NCBI GenBank assembly: GCA_965200155.1
Contig: CBDATR010000031.1
Location: 11,321 to 43,320, forward strand
Direction of reading: 5' to 3'
Origin: Nitrosopumilaceae archaeon
Lineage (GTDB): Archaea > Thermoproteota > Nitrososphaeria > Nitrososphaerales > Nitrosopumilaceae
Length of the DNA stretch: 32,000 nucleotides
The translations under genes and the position numbers were made by a program. Position 1 is the stretch's first letter; every line of letters starts with the position of its first letter. The notes under the pieces were generated by a model. That model was not told the DNA's origin and did not search any database. It saw nothing but the letters and a program-made list of their open reading frames with translations. Below, in pieces: positions 20,258 to 29,800 of the stretch.

Positions 20258-21345
20258 AGTTTTTGTATAACGTTGAATTTCGTATCTCTCTGTACGGGTT
20301 CCCTGCTTATCTCGCGCACTATGTCTGCCAGCTCAGTTATGGTGGTGTCTGTGGGCTTGCCTGCTGCCCGGTAAATCTCCTCGGAGAATGCGGTTCCCAC
20401 CAAGTCGTTGCCACCATATGATAGTGATACCTGAGCCAGCTTCTTACCATACGCTACCCAGTATACCGATATGTTGTCCAGTATGCCTGATAGCATTATG
20501 CGGGATACGGCAAGTACCCTCAAGTCGTACATGGCAGAGCACTCCTGAGTGACCAGTCCGTCCTTTTCCAGCTGGGTGTTGTCCAGGCTAAACTTTAGCG
20601 GTATGAACGTGATAAAGCCGCCGGTCTCCTTTTGCAGGTCCCGTATACGTATGAGGTGGTCTATTATGTGGTGGGGCTGTTCAATATGTCCGTATAGCAT
20701 GGTGACATTACTTTGTATGCCCAGCAGGTGTGCCTCCCGTATTGTATCCAGCCACTCCTGGCCGGTGCACTTGCCCCGGACCACCTTGTCCCGTACCTCC
20801 GGGTGAAACAGCTCCGCCCCTCCGCCGGGCATTGTATCCAGGCCCGCCGCTTTGAGTCTGGACAGTATTTCGGTGACGGAATTCTTTGTAAGTTTGGAGA
20901 GGTAGAATATCTCTGCGGCCGTAAATGCCTTGATATTCATGTTGGGATGATTCTTTTTTATTATACGCATCATGTCCTCGTAATAGTCCAGCGGCAGACT
21001 GGGGTGGAACCCGCCCACTATGTGAACTTCTGTAGCGCCCATGCGTTCTGCCATCGATACGTTCTCCTCTATCTGCTGTGGCGTCAGTGTGTATGCGTCC
21101 TCGTCGCCCTTTTTGCGGTAAAAGGCGCACATCTGGCAGCTAGCGGCACAGACGTTGGTATAATTCATGTAGTATGATGAGGTAAAGCTGACACGGTTGC
21201 CTACCTGTCGCTGCCGCACCATGTCTGCAGCAGATCCTAGCATGTGCAAGTCCGCGGACATTAGGTTAATTCCCTCATCATATGACATCTCCTCGCCCTT
21301 GGCTATGCGCTCCCACAACACATCGTGCTCTATAGCCTGTGTCAA
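20254..21345 (-). CDS. radical SAM protein, CofH/MqnE-like
   Basis: 363 aa; radical SAM cluster motif CAASCQMCAFYR, TEVHIVGGFHPSLPLDYYEDM, AFTAAEI, MPGGGAELF. Exact subfamily unresolved. Confidence 0.85.
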   Translation of the reverse strand: MTQAIEHDVLWERIAKGEEMSYDEGINLMSADLHMLGSAADMVRQRQVGNRVSFTSSYYMNYTNVCAASCQMCAFYRKKGDEDAYTLTPQQIEENVSMAERMGATEVHIVGGFHPSLPLDYYEDMMRIIKKNHPNMNIKAFTAAEIFYLSKLTKNSVTEILSRLKAAGLDTMPGGGAELFHPEVRDKVVRGKCTGQEWLDTIREAHLLGIQSNVTMLYGHIEQPHHIIDHLIRIRDLQKETGGFITFIPLKFSLDNTQLEKDGLVTQECSAMYDLRVLAVSRIMLSGILDNISVYWVAYGKKLAQVSLSYGGNDLVGTAFSEEIYRAAGKPTDTTITELADIVREISREPVQRDTKFNVIQKL

Positions 21346-21400
21346 TGTGTGATATCATTGGCGCCGTTGATATATTCCTTGGGCGTCTCTCTCATTCTAG

Positions 21401-21643
21401 TCAGAAAACGGTGACATCGCCAGGCGCGGGCTCGCGACCCTGCGGTACCTGCATGCTACCGTGCTGCTCCTTGATATGCTCTCTTAGAGCATCAAGATCA
21501 GCAAACATCTTGCCACACATGTAGCATCTTGGCCGGTCTTCATCTACTAGAGGCATGACCATGTTTGTGGTTGCCATGATGGGGATTATAACATTATGGT
21601 GGACCATTGCGGTCATGGATAAGTTTGTGCATGCTCGATCCAA
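21401..21643 (-). CDS. small C2H2-type zinc finger protein
   Basis: 80 aa; RCYMCGKMFADLDALREHIKEQHG. Start uncertain. Confidence 0.6.
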   Translation of the reverse strand: MDRACTNLSMTAMVHHNVIIPIMATTNMVMPLVDEDRPRCYMCGKMFADLDALREHIKEQHGSMQVPQGREPAPGDVTVF

Positions 21644-21680
21644 TGTACTAATTGTTGCTGCAGCTGTGTCCTCTTGATTC

Positions 21681-21704
21681 GTATGAGTTCACGTGTTTTG
21701 ATCA
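21681..21704 (+). mobile_element. orphan IS66-like terminal inverted repeat
   Basis: GTATGAGTTCACGTGTTTTGATCA followed by sequence not matching the other IS66 copies in the window. Confidence 0.65.
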
Positions 21705-21900
21705 TATGATAAGATTGTAATTGACTTGGTACGACAATATTGCGCTTAAACACCAAGTTTGAAATAGAATCTAATGAGTAGGCGTACAACACAATAATAA
21801 ATGGGAGCAGGAAAACCGGCTGCTCCGGGACACCCTTGCGTCCACCAAGAGGAATCTTGCAGATGTGATGAAACGCGTGAAGGTATTGTAATGATATGGC

Positions 21901-21992
21901 GTATGAGTTCACCTGTGTCTAAATTTACGCATAACTGATCGCGACAGTTAATGTGATTTGTGCACAAGATTCCGGAAGACGTTAACTCATAC
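21901..21992 (+). repeat. 92-bp MITE without matching TSD
   Basis: Full length; flanks GATATGGC / AGTGGGGT differ; right TIR mutated (GTTAACTCATAC). Confidence 0.95.
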
Positions 21993-22039
21993 AGTGGGGT
22001 TGCTCCAACAAAAAGTCATCCCCCATCCACATGAATTAT

Positions 22040-22131
22040 GTATGAGTTCACCTGTGTCTAAATTTACGTATAACTGATCGCGACAGTTAATGTGATTTGT
22101 GCACAAGATTCCGGAAGACGTGAACTCATAC
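22040..22131 (+). repeat. 92-bp MITE
   Basis: TSD TGAATTAT at 22032-22039 and 22132-22139. Confidence 0.97.
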
Positions 22132-22139
22132 TGAATTAT

Positions 22140-22640
22140 GATTCAATGGAAGACGTGAAAAAATGGAGGCAAGAAATGTCAGAAAAGGTTGCACGTTACA
22201 TAAAGATGGATTATGCCATTGTTACCCAGGATGAATCCCATTTCAAGACCGAGAGATTATCTGCGCGATTCTGGGCCCCTGCAGGCAGGCGCGTACTCAT
22301 GGTATGAACCGGCAGGCGATACTGGTTCTCCATGGCCTGTACCATGATTAATGACGGTAGGGTATTCCTTGATGATTATACGGTCATAGATACAGAGAAT
22401 TTCCTGGATCACATGCATAACAAGGTGGGTAAGATGGTACTATTCGTGGACATGGCACACCTCAAGGAAGGCCAAGGAATTCTTTGCTGATCGGGACATA
22501 ATCGTAATAGAGTATCCGGTTGGACATCCATACCTGAATCCAGTCAAGGAATTCTGTAGCGTACTCAAGAGGGGGATGGATCACTCCCTACGATATTCGG
22601 ATATCAATTACCACAAGTAGGCAGTGTATGATTTCAAAGA
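22140..22640 (+). pseudogene. IS630-like transposase remnant
   Basis: MDYAIVTQDESHFKTERLSARFWAPAGRRVLMV* then MINDGRVFLDDYTVIDTENFLDHMHNKVGKMVLFVDMAH and a YLNPV-type motif with frameshifts. Confidence 0.65.
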
Positions 22641-22890
22641 TGGCCATAAGCTCGATTATGATTTTAACAAATTCTGAAACAGAAAACCAGCTGATGGATT
22701 AATACTACCAATCATGGAATCAGTACGCAAGGGGGAACCCAGTGATCCAAAAACAGAAAAAACGGTTCAAAAAGTGCAGGCGGTGTGGAAAGCACATCCG
22801 TGTCGGCCGGTATAGTACAAAAGGTCAAACTAGGTTACCTACAAAGTAGTTGGTACACTATTTCATGCCACTCTGATCAGGGAATAAGTG

Positions 22891-23087
22891 GTGGATTTTT
22901 GTGCGTGATCGTTCTGGAGGCCCATACATGTACACAGTCATTATACGCCACTAAACTCGTCATGAAGTATTCCATGTCCATAAAGTATGGTAGGGTACAT
23001 TACTTACATCTGCTGATTTAGCCTGTCTGCCATCCCTGTTGTGATATTTTATGGAAAATCACTGCCAAGACTTATGGTGACTGCTAT
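22891..23087 (+). repeat. Repeat R5 copy 1 (coding-like, unidentified)
   Basis: Reverse-complement match of equal length to 31711..31907; shared translation FLCVIVLE(A/T)HT..QSLYA.KL.MKY.MSIKYGRVHYLHLLI. Confidence 0.8.
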
Positions 23088-23313
23088 ATGCTAGCATATC
23101 CTACATATTTGCACTGTGTTTATGTGTAGTTTGTTGAATAACTGAGCTTGCTCTAACTTAGGTCCCCCTGCCGCGATCTAGTTCTCCTAAACTATAGTGT
23201 GCTCCATAAGTCTATGACATGCAAGACGGGGATTGTGTGACGAATATAGGATATGTTGTCCAGAGACTTATGGTGGTCGCTATTTGTATGAGTTCACGTC
23301 TTCCGGAATCTTG

Positions 23314-24366
23314 TGTCAATAGTACGAAAAGTAAGTCCGCTTAGGATCCGGCGTACAGTAGTTCAGATTGCACAAACCACGAAAGGCTATGGTAAAGAGA
23401 ATAACAGAGGAATCAATAGTAAGGCAGCGCAAAAGAGGCGTTGCCGCCACCAAAATGTATGAGTTCACGTCTTCCGGAATCTTATGCACAAATCACATTA
23501 ACTGTCGCGATCAGTTATGCGTAAATTTAGACACAGGTGAACTCATACACCAAAATAGCTCAAGACCTGAAACAAGACACGTACGAAGATTGTTAACCAG
23601 AGAACGGGAACGACTCGAGTAAATATGGGCAGGCCCATGATACCAATCACCGCCACCCAGATACGAATGGTAACTGAAGCATAAAGCAAGGACCCCGCCG
23701 GAGTAGTACGTATTGCAAAGAGGCTTAGACAGAATTACAATATATCGCGCAGTATATCGCATAATGAAAAAGAATGGTACGGCAGGCTCATCACCTGCAA
23801 AGTCAGAGTGGGTACGCTATGAGCGTAAATATTCCAATGCAATGTGGCACTGGCATGTCATGAAAGATGAGCGCTTCAGGGGACTGAATCTCATAGATGA
23901 TGTATCCAGGTGTATAGTCGGAGTGGCACTATTCTAGCATGCAACCTCAGAGAACGCCGCTCTATTACTGAGACTGGCAATGAAACGATTCGGTGCCCCT
24001 GCATCTAGGATAACGGCGCGTGTTTCGTAGGACAATAAAAGGGCAAGAAAAGCTGGAAACCCACACTATTCTAGGAAGAACTGGATCAAGACATCATACT
24101 AATCAATTCCAGACCATACTACCCGCAGACAAATGGCAAACTGGAGCGCTTCCATGGAATGATTGAGGACGAGATATGGCATTATGACAGTCTCCGGGAT
24201 TATGTAGACTACTACAATGAGAGAAGGTTGCACTTCTCACTGGATATAGATAACGGCGAAACACCACTCCAAGAATAAAAAGGCGACCCAGACAATTAGA
24301 GCAAATGATACAAAATGGGTGGAGCGGGATGCCAATGACTAGCGGACCGACTTTTCATACATTACA
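23314..24366 (+). mobile_element. IS481-like element (copy 2), 1053 bp including a nested MITE
   Basis: TGTCAATAGTACGAAAAGTAAGTCCGC...GCGGACCGACTTTTCATACATTACA; 13-bp direct repeats TTCCGGAATCTTG at 23301-23313 and 24367-24379; transposase fragments match copy 1. Confidence 0.9.
23457..23548 (-). repeat. 92-bp MITE nested in IS481-like copy 2
   Basis: TSD ACCAAAAT at 23449-23456 and 23549-23556; the uninterrupted site is present in copy 1 (...ttgccaccaccaaaatagctcaagacc). Confidence 0.97.
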
Positions 24367-25023
24367 TTCCGGAATCTTGTGCACAAATCACATTAACTGT
24401 CGCGATCAGTTGTGTGTAAATTTAGACACAGGTGAACTCATACCGCTATTTAGCTTGATAAATCTACGTTTTACCTTCCGTTTGTAGTCAATCCATCCGC
24501 CGCGACTGTACGTTTCCAGTTCAGTAAATCATGATCCGGGTTTTATTACGATTGATGCAGGCAACCAGGCCATCACCGTTATCTATGTCAATATCAAGAT
24601 CTTGCATACGCTGGTATATCGTGGAATAGTACGTGGATTTGTATCAGTTCAGCATCCACATAAAAAGTCAGATAGTTGTCGGTATCTCATATTTGTTGTT
24701 GTGTACATCGACGGCAATCATTATCGAGGTGTCCGCGTATTGGAATGGTACACCCTCCTTGTTTTTGCTGGATAAACTGATATCATCATCCCATGGGGGA
24801 TCAGGCCCAAATGCATTCTCGCCTGATGTATTCGTTGTCTGTAGTTCTAATCAAATTTATTGTAATATTATAATATATTAATACTTTAATCTAAGACCAC
24901 AACTATGCAATGAGGGCGCACAAACTGTTTCTTAGGGGCATGACTTTTACGTAACCTGATTGAGTTATGCAGTAAACTAGTTCACATGCAAAGTCATTTA
25001 AGATACAATGTGTATCAATAAGT

Positions 25024-25785
25024 GTGCAATTAAAGGACAAGGTTTGTGTTGTGACAGGTGCGTCCAGTGACATAGGCGAGGGGATAGTCAAGCGTTTGGT
25101 GGAAGAGGGTGCAAAGGTAGTACTGATCTCACGCAATCACAAGGCAATGGAGGATGTACGCACTCGCGTGGGCGGTATGGAGAGAACTGTATCTATGGTA
25201 TGTGATCTTACCGATGACTCCCAAGTATTACATGCAATAGATCGCATAGTTTCAGAGTATAGCAAAATAGATGTACTTGTGAATAATGCGGGTATGATTA
25301 ATGAGCCAGTACACTTTCATACCATGTCACAATCAATAATAGATTCGCTTATCAATGTAAACATGCTAGGCACGTTCAAGATTACAGGGGCAGTACTACG
25401 TAACATGTCAGAGATGCGGCAAGGTAGTATAGTAAACATAGGATCCGTATCATCAGAAAGAGCTACGCCCAAGGTACATTTAGCGGCCTACAGTTCAACC
25501 AAGGCAGCCATATCCATGTTTACAAAGTCCATAGCAGTGGAGTACGCCCGTCGTAACATCAGGTGTAATTGCATAAATCCTGGAATAATTAAATCGGGCG
25601 TGATAAAACCATACTTGAATGATCCTGCGGCAAGAAGTGTACTAGAGGAAAGGCTACCCATGGGTCGCATAGGCGAGCCATCAGATGTCGCAAACGCAAC
25701 ATTGTTCTTTGCATCAGATGAATCTTCATGGATTACCGGAACCATCCTCAATGTAGATGGCGGACGATCAGCATCCGAGGGTTAG
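25024..25785 (+). CDS. SDR family oxidoreductase
   Basis: 253 aa from GTG; KDKVCVVTGASSDIGEGIVKRL, DVLVNNAG, YSSTKAAISMFTKSIAVEYA, SSWITGTILNVDGG. Confidence 0.95.
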   Translation: MQLKDKVCVVTGASSDIGEGIVKRLVEEGAKVVLISRNHKAMEDVRTRVGGMERTVSMVCDLTDDSQVLHAIDRIVSEYSKIDVLVNNAGMINEPVHFHTMSQSIIDSLINVNMLGTFKITGAVLRNMSEMRQGSIVNIGSVSSERATPKVHLAAYSSTKAAISMFTKSIAVEYARRNIRCNCINPGIIKSGVIKPYLNDPAARSVLEERLPMGRIGEPSDVANATLFFASDESSWITGTILNVDGGRSASEG

Positions 25786-25898
25786 GCATTCGCTTATCGT
25801 GTACAAATCATACCACTGTTGCTAGTAGCAGGGTATATCTTTAGAGATTGGTGAATTTATACAAGACTTGAAGTATGAGTTTATGTCTACATAGATTA

Positions 25899-26207
25899 GA
25901 CATTATGCGCATGATTGACAGTAACAGCCCATGTTGCTTCAAACTGGGGTGTATTTTATGACACACAATCAGTCAAGCATGAACAATGTGAGTGGCACCT
26001 GCCAGCACTAACGTATGCCATGATTGCAAATGTCGTATAGTGGGGTGACCGGATCTTGACGTATATCATGAGTGAGCTAAATGGTAACCACAAAACCCAT
26101 TAATTTAGTGGATTTTCTGATGAGTAATATTCGAATTATAATATCACGGAAATTATGGGTAGATATTTTTCAAAAATTTCTTGTACCTGTTATGCTTGTG
26201 CATAATA
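25899..26207 (+). repeat. Left arm of ~310-bp inverted repeat (R2 copy b + IS5-like 3' end)
   Basis: cattatgcgcatgattgacag...ggtaaccacaaaacccattaatttagtggattttctgatgag...cttgtgcataat; inverted match to 29137-29447. Confidence 0.85.
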
Positions 26208-26626
26208 GACCGTATGCGCAGAATCACTTCTCCCACCCTGCACCTCTAAACCAAGTTGTTAGATACGAACAATTGACCTAGTATCATGTATGAGTTCACG
26301 TGTTTTGATCACATAATAAGATAGAATGCATCCCAGTTTTTTTTAATTATAACTGCATTCTGGCAGCAACCTCGTTCATAACAGAAAGGCCTTGAGCCCT
26401 CCATGTCTGAACACATGATACAAATGTAGACATGCGGCGCATTGCCCTTTCACCACCCTTTATCTGGCCACTAATCTTGCGGAATACCACTGCGTATCAG
26501 AACCGGTTCCACTGCTCCGCTGGATTGTTGGTGGGCTCTACACTGTCATATTCTAAGAATACGAACATGCCTGGTATGGCCTTATTCAATCCTTTTACCT
26601 TCTTTTGTAGTTCAGTATCATCAACA

Positions 26627-27892
26627 TCACAGTACTGATGCATCTGCTCCTGTCTCAAATGAGTGTCGTAATTGCGCGGACGGCCCGCAGTGATTCAGGG
26701 ATTCCCGTGCGCTCCGGAACAATCCTTTCAGGTCGTTGTCAAGTTTGATCCGGGCGTCCTGAGCACCGGGATCAATATAGAATCCTGCATGTAATGCCTG
26801 GGTATCGCGCAATAAATGCGCCCAACACAACTGGTGCTTCCCACCGTCATCAAACCGGCGGTACACAACGTACCTGTCCGTTACTATCGCTCCCTGGTAA
26901 CCGTTCAGGTATTTGTTCACTACATTTGAACTCCTACTTTTGTCATATATGGACATCATCCACTCTTCGGCTCGCATCCCCCATACCCAGCCACGCCTAC
27001 CCGCCAGTGATATACCAGTTTCGTCCACATGAATGCTGGGTGATTTTATTATATTTTCATGAATTGTTTCCATAAATGATTCACATGCATCGGCGGCCCT
27101 GGCAATTATGTTGTTTACCGCACCCACAGATATATTCAGGCCGAAGAGATCCTTCGAAATTACAGGTATGCGTTTTATTGGAATCTTTTCTGCGCGTAAT
27201 GCAGTGATGGCACCGCATAATTGAACCCCAAAACTACCACTCTTTGGGACGCCAGCTGCTGGGGCCAGTTGTTTTTTGCCGCACTTGCATGCAGCCATTT
27301 CTATCACATGAAGGGTCTCCTCTATTTTGGCGGGTATTAATTCCGTTATGTGTCGTTGTTTCCAACCAATTTTTGTCATTATATTGCCGCACTCACATAT
27401 TGGAGCACACTCAAAGGTGTGGCGCATTACTCTGTCGGGGTTGTGGGAACGGGAAACCCCCTTGTGTCCCTTTTGCGCGCCAGCCTTTTTGGCTGATTTC
27501 GTACTGGCTTCTGTCTGTTGCTTATTATCTCCCTGTTTTCGCTTCTGCTCCTCCTGTTTTCGCTTCTTGTACTGGAGGGATTGAAGGGATGGTGGCGAGT
27601 GAGCATTCTCATAATATCTAAGTCGCGTTGTGAGTACCGCAATTTTCCTGTCTTTTTCTACTAATTCCTCTTTTAATTCACTTACATAATTTCTAATAAT
27701 TTGGAAATCTTGTATATGATTTCGTATTTCTTTTATGGTGTGTGACATATATGCTTCCAATACTCTCACACGTTCCTTGTAATGTGCAAGATCTTTCTTG
27801 TAATCCTCAATATCTTTCTTGATAGACGCAAGGGTATCCTGAAGAAGTTTATTTTCCAGTTCCAATTCCTTATAGGACCGGCGTCTTCTCAT
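26627..27892 (-). CDS. IS66-like (tnpC type) transposase, C-terminus frameshifted
   Basis: 421 aa; coiled-coil N-term, CPICECG zinc motif, HVDETGISLAGRRGWVWG, VTDRYVVYRRFDDGGKHQLCWAHLLRD. The NNPAE motif lies downstream in another frame. Confidence 0.9.
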   Translation of the reverse strand: MRRRRSYKELELENKLLQDTLASIKKDIEDYKKDLAHYKERVRVLEAYMSHTIKEIRNHIQDFQIIRNYVSELKEELVEKDRKIAVLTTRLRYYENAHSPPSLQSLQYKKRKQEEQKRKQGDNKQQTEASTKSAKKAGAQKGHKGVSRSHNPDRVMRHTFECAPICECGNIMTKIGWKQRHITELIPAKIEETLHVIEMAACKCGKKQLAPAAGVPKSGSFGVQLCGAITALRAEKIPIKRIPVISKDLFGLNISVGAVNNIIARAADACESFMETIHENIIKSPSIHVDETGISLAGRRGWVWGMRAEEWMMSIYDKSRSSNVVNKYLNGYQGAIVTDRYVVYRRFDDGGKHQLCWAHLLRDTQALHAGFYIDPGAQDARIKLDNDLKGLFRSARESLNHCGPSAQLRHSFETGADASVL

Positions 27893-27981
27893 TAGATTCT
27901 TATTGCAAATTTGGTATTTAAGTAAAATATTGCCATACCAATCTATATCTTAGTGAATGATCAAAACACGTGAACTCATAC

Positions 27982-28485
27982 CCCCCTTGTGTCCCTTTTG
28001 CGCGCCAGCCTTTTTGGCTGATTTCGTACTGGCTTCTGTCTGTTGCTTATTATCTCCCTGTTTTCGCTTCTGCTCCTCCTGTTTTCGCTTCTTGTACTGG
28101 AGGGATTGAAGGGATGGTGGCGAGTGAGCATTCTCATAATATCTAAGTCGCGTTGTGAGTACCGCAATTTTCCCCTGTTTTTCTTTTAGTTTCTCATTCA
28201 ATTCATTTACATAATACCTAATAATTTGGAAATCTTGTGTGAGATTTCGTATTTCTTTTGTGGTGTGTGACGTATGTGCTTCCAATACTCTCACACGTTC
28301 CTTGTAATGTGCAAGATCTTTCTCGGTAGACGCAAGGGTATCCTGAAGAAGTTTATTTTCCAGTTCCAATTCCTTATAGGACCGGCGTCTTCTCATTAGA
28401 TTCTTATTGCAAATTTGGTATTTAAGTAAAATATTGTCATACCAATCTATATCTTAGTGAATGATCAAAACACGTGAACTCATAC
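27982..28485 (-). pseudogene. second, diverged IS66-like 5' fragment
   Basis: Starts cccccttgtgtccc, matching 27457 onward; ORF 27950..28396 differs in aa from the adjacent copy. Confidence 0.88.
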
Positions 28486-28534
28486 AGTATCATGGGTTTT
28501 CCCACACAGACTCGTGTAAAACAGAAAAGTTAAG

Positions 28535-28626
28535 GTATGAGTTCACGTCTTCCGGAATCTTGTGCACAAATCACATTAACTGTCGCGATCAGTTGTGCGT
28601 AAATTTAGACACAGGTGAACTCATAC
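28535..28626 (-). repeat. 92-bp MITE at a deletion junction
   Basis: Full length; flanks AAGTTAAG / AGATAAAG do not match. In IS5-like copy 1 the equivalent sites are 576 bp apart. Confidence 0.95.
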
Positions 28627-29189
28627 AGATAAAGACTGACGGGACACATGTACGCGTACAACGTCCTGAAAAAAATCAGGAGGCAATGTACTCTGGTAAA
28701 CAAAAAACCCACACGTATAACGTACAGATAACATCAAACAAGAAAAGACTGATAATTCACGTAAGTGGAGTATATGAGGGAAAAAGACACGATTATGGCA
28801 TATTCAAGAATGATATTCCCCTTGGCGGCAAATGGGACAAGTCCCTAAAAGAATCAACCACGCCACCATCTGATAAGATAACAGTAATAGCAGATGCAGG
28901 ATACCAGGGTATGAAAGACTTCCTACCCGGCGCAAAGGTCATGATTCCATACAGGGGTAGGGAATCACTCACTAAAACTGAAAGGAAATACAACCAATAT
29001 GTATCAAAAAGGCGCATATTAATCGAGAATGTAATTCGAATGCTAAAGGTATATCGTAGATTAAGTCAGGTATATGATGGTAGTCGTGAGGAATTCCGGG
29101 AAGATCTCGTAGTATCTGGGTTGCATAATTTACACATTATGCACAAGCATACCAGGTACAAGAAATTCTTGAAAAATATCTGTCCATAA
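28627..29189 (+). pseudogene. IS5-like transposase C-terminal portion (N-terminus deleted)
   Basis: IKTDGTHVRVQRPEKNQEAMYSGKQKTHTYNVQITSNKK...IADAGYQGMKDFLPGAK...; ORF 28461..29189 is open only by reading through the MITE. Confidence 0.85.
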
Positions 29190-29199
29190 TTTCCGTGTT

Positions 29200-29447
29200 A
29201 TTATAATTCGAATATTACTCATCAGAAAATCCACTAAATTAATGGGTTTTGTGGTAACCATTTAGCTCACTCATGATATACGTCATCAAGATCCGGTCAC
29301 CCCACTACATGACATTTGCAATCACGGCATACGTTAGTGCTGGCAGGTGCCATTAACATTGTTCATGCTTGACTGATTGTGTGCCATAAAATACACCCCA
29401 GTTTGAAGCAACATGGGCTATTCCTGTCAATCATGCGCATAAGGTCT
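29200..29447 (+). repeat. Tandem unit 1 (IS5-like 3' end + R2 copy c)
   Basis: attataattcgaatattactcatcagaaaatcc...caatcatgcgcataaggtct. Confidence 0.85.
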
Positions 29448-29800
29448 ATTATAATTCGGATATTACTCATCAGAAAATCCACTAAATTAATGTATGAGTT
29501 CACGTCTTCCGGAATCTTGTACACAAATCACATTAACTGTCGCGATCAGTTATGCGTAAATTTAGACATAGGTGAACTCATACAAATTAATGGGTTTTGT
29601 GGTAACCATTTAGCTTACTCATGATATACGTCACCAAGATCCGGTCGCCACACTACACGATATTTGCAATCACGGCATACGTTAGTGCTGGCAGATGCCA
29701 TTAACATTGGTTTGTTCATGCTTGACGGATTGTGTGCCATAAAATACACCCCAGTTTGAAGCAACCTAGGCTGTTACTGTCAATCATGCGCATAAGGTCT
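29448..29800 (+). repeat. Tandem unit 2 (same sequence, R2 copy d), interrupted by MITE
   Basis: attataattcggatattactcatcag...cataaggtct; 353 bp minus 100 bp insertion = 253 bp versus 248 bp for unit 1. Confidence 0.85.
29492..29583 (-). repeat. 92-bp MITE
   Basis: TSD AAATTAAT at 29484-29491 and 29584-29591. Confidence 0.97.

Larger units (their letters stand above)
23286..24443 (-). repeat. 92-bp MITE split by an IS481-like element
   Basis: Halves 23286-23313 (28 bp) and 24380-24443 (64 bp) rebuild 92 bp. Outer TSD CGCTATTT at 23278-23285 and 24444-24451. Confidence 0.93.
26288..28485 (-). mobile_element. IS66-like composite insertion (element plus partial second copy)
   Basis: Outer TSD AGTATCAT at 26280-26287 and 28486-28493; ends GTATGAGTTCACGTGTTTTGATCA / TGATCAAAACACGTGAACTCATAC; a second internal right end at 27981. 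Confidence 0.92.
26211..29447 (+). mobile_element. IS5-like element copy 2, disrupted by IS66-like composite and MITE/deletion
   Basis: Candidate ends AGACCGTATGCGCA and TGCGCATAAGGTCT; transposase C-terminal portion 28627..29189. Confidence 0.7.

Noticed and set aside
20708-21130. 140-aa ORF (RLLPQKGRRGRIHTDATADRG...)
   Set aside because: Alternate frame of the radical SAM gene on the same strand.
21901-21992. MITE at 21901 as the far end of an IS66-like element starting at 21681
   Set aside because: Flanking octamers (CTTGATTC and AGTGGGGT) do not match and the interior is not IS66-like.
24440-24900. Possible gene or RNA in the 24.45-24.9 kb region
   Set aside because: Short reverse-strand frames such as ELQTTNTSGENAFGPDPPWDDDISLSSKNKEGVPFQYADTSIMIAVDV break up quickly; some likeness to decayed material near 29.9-30.1 kb, but not enough to call.
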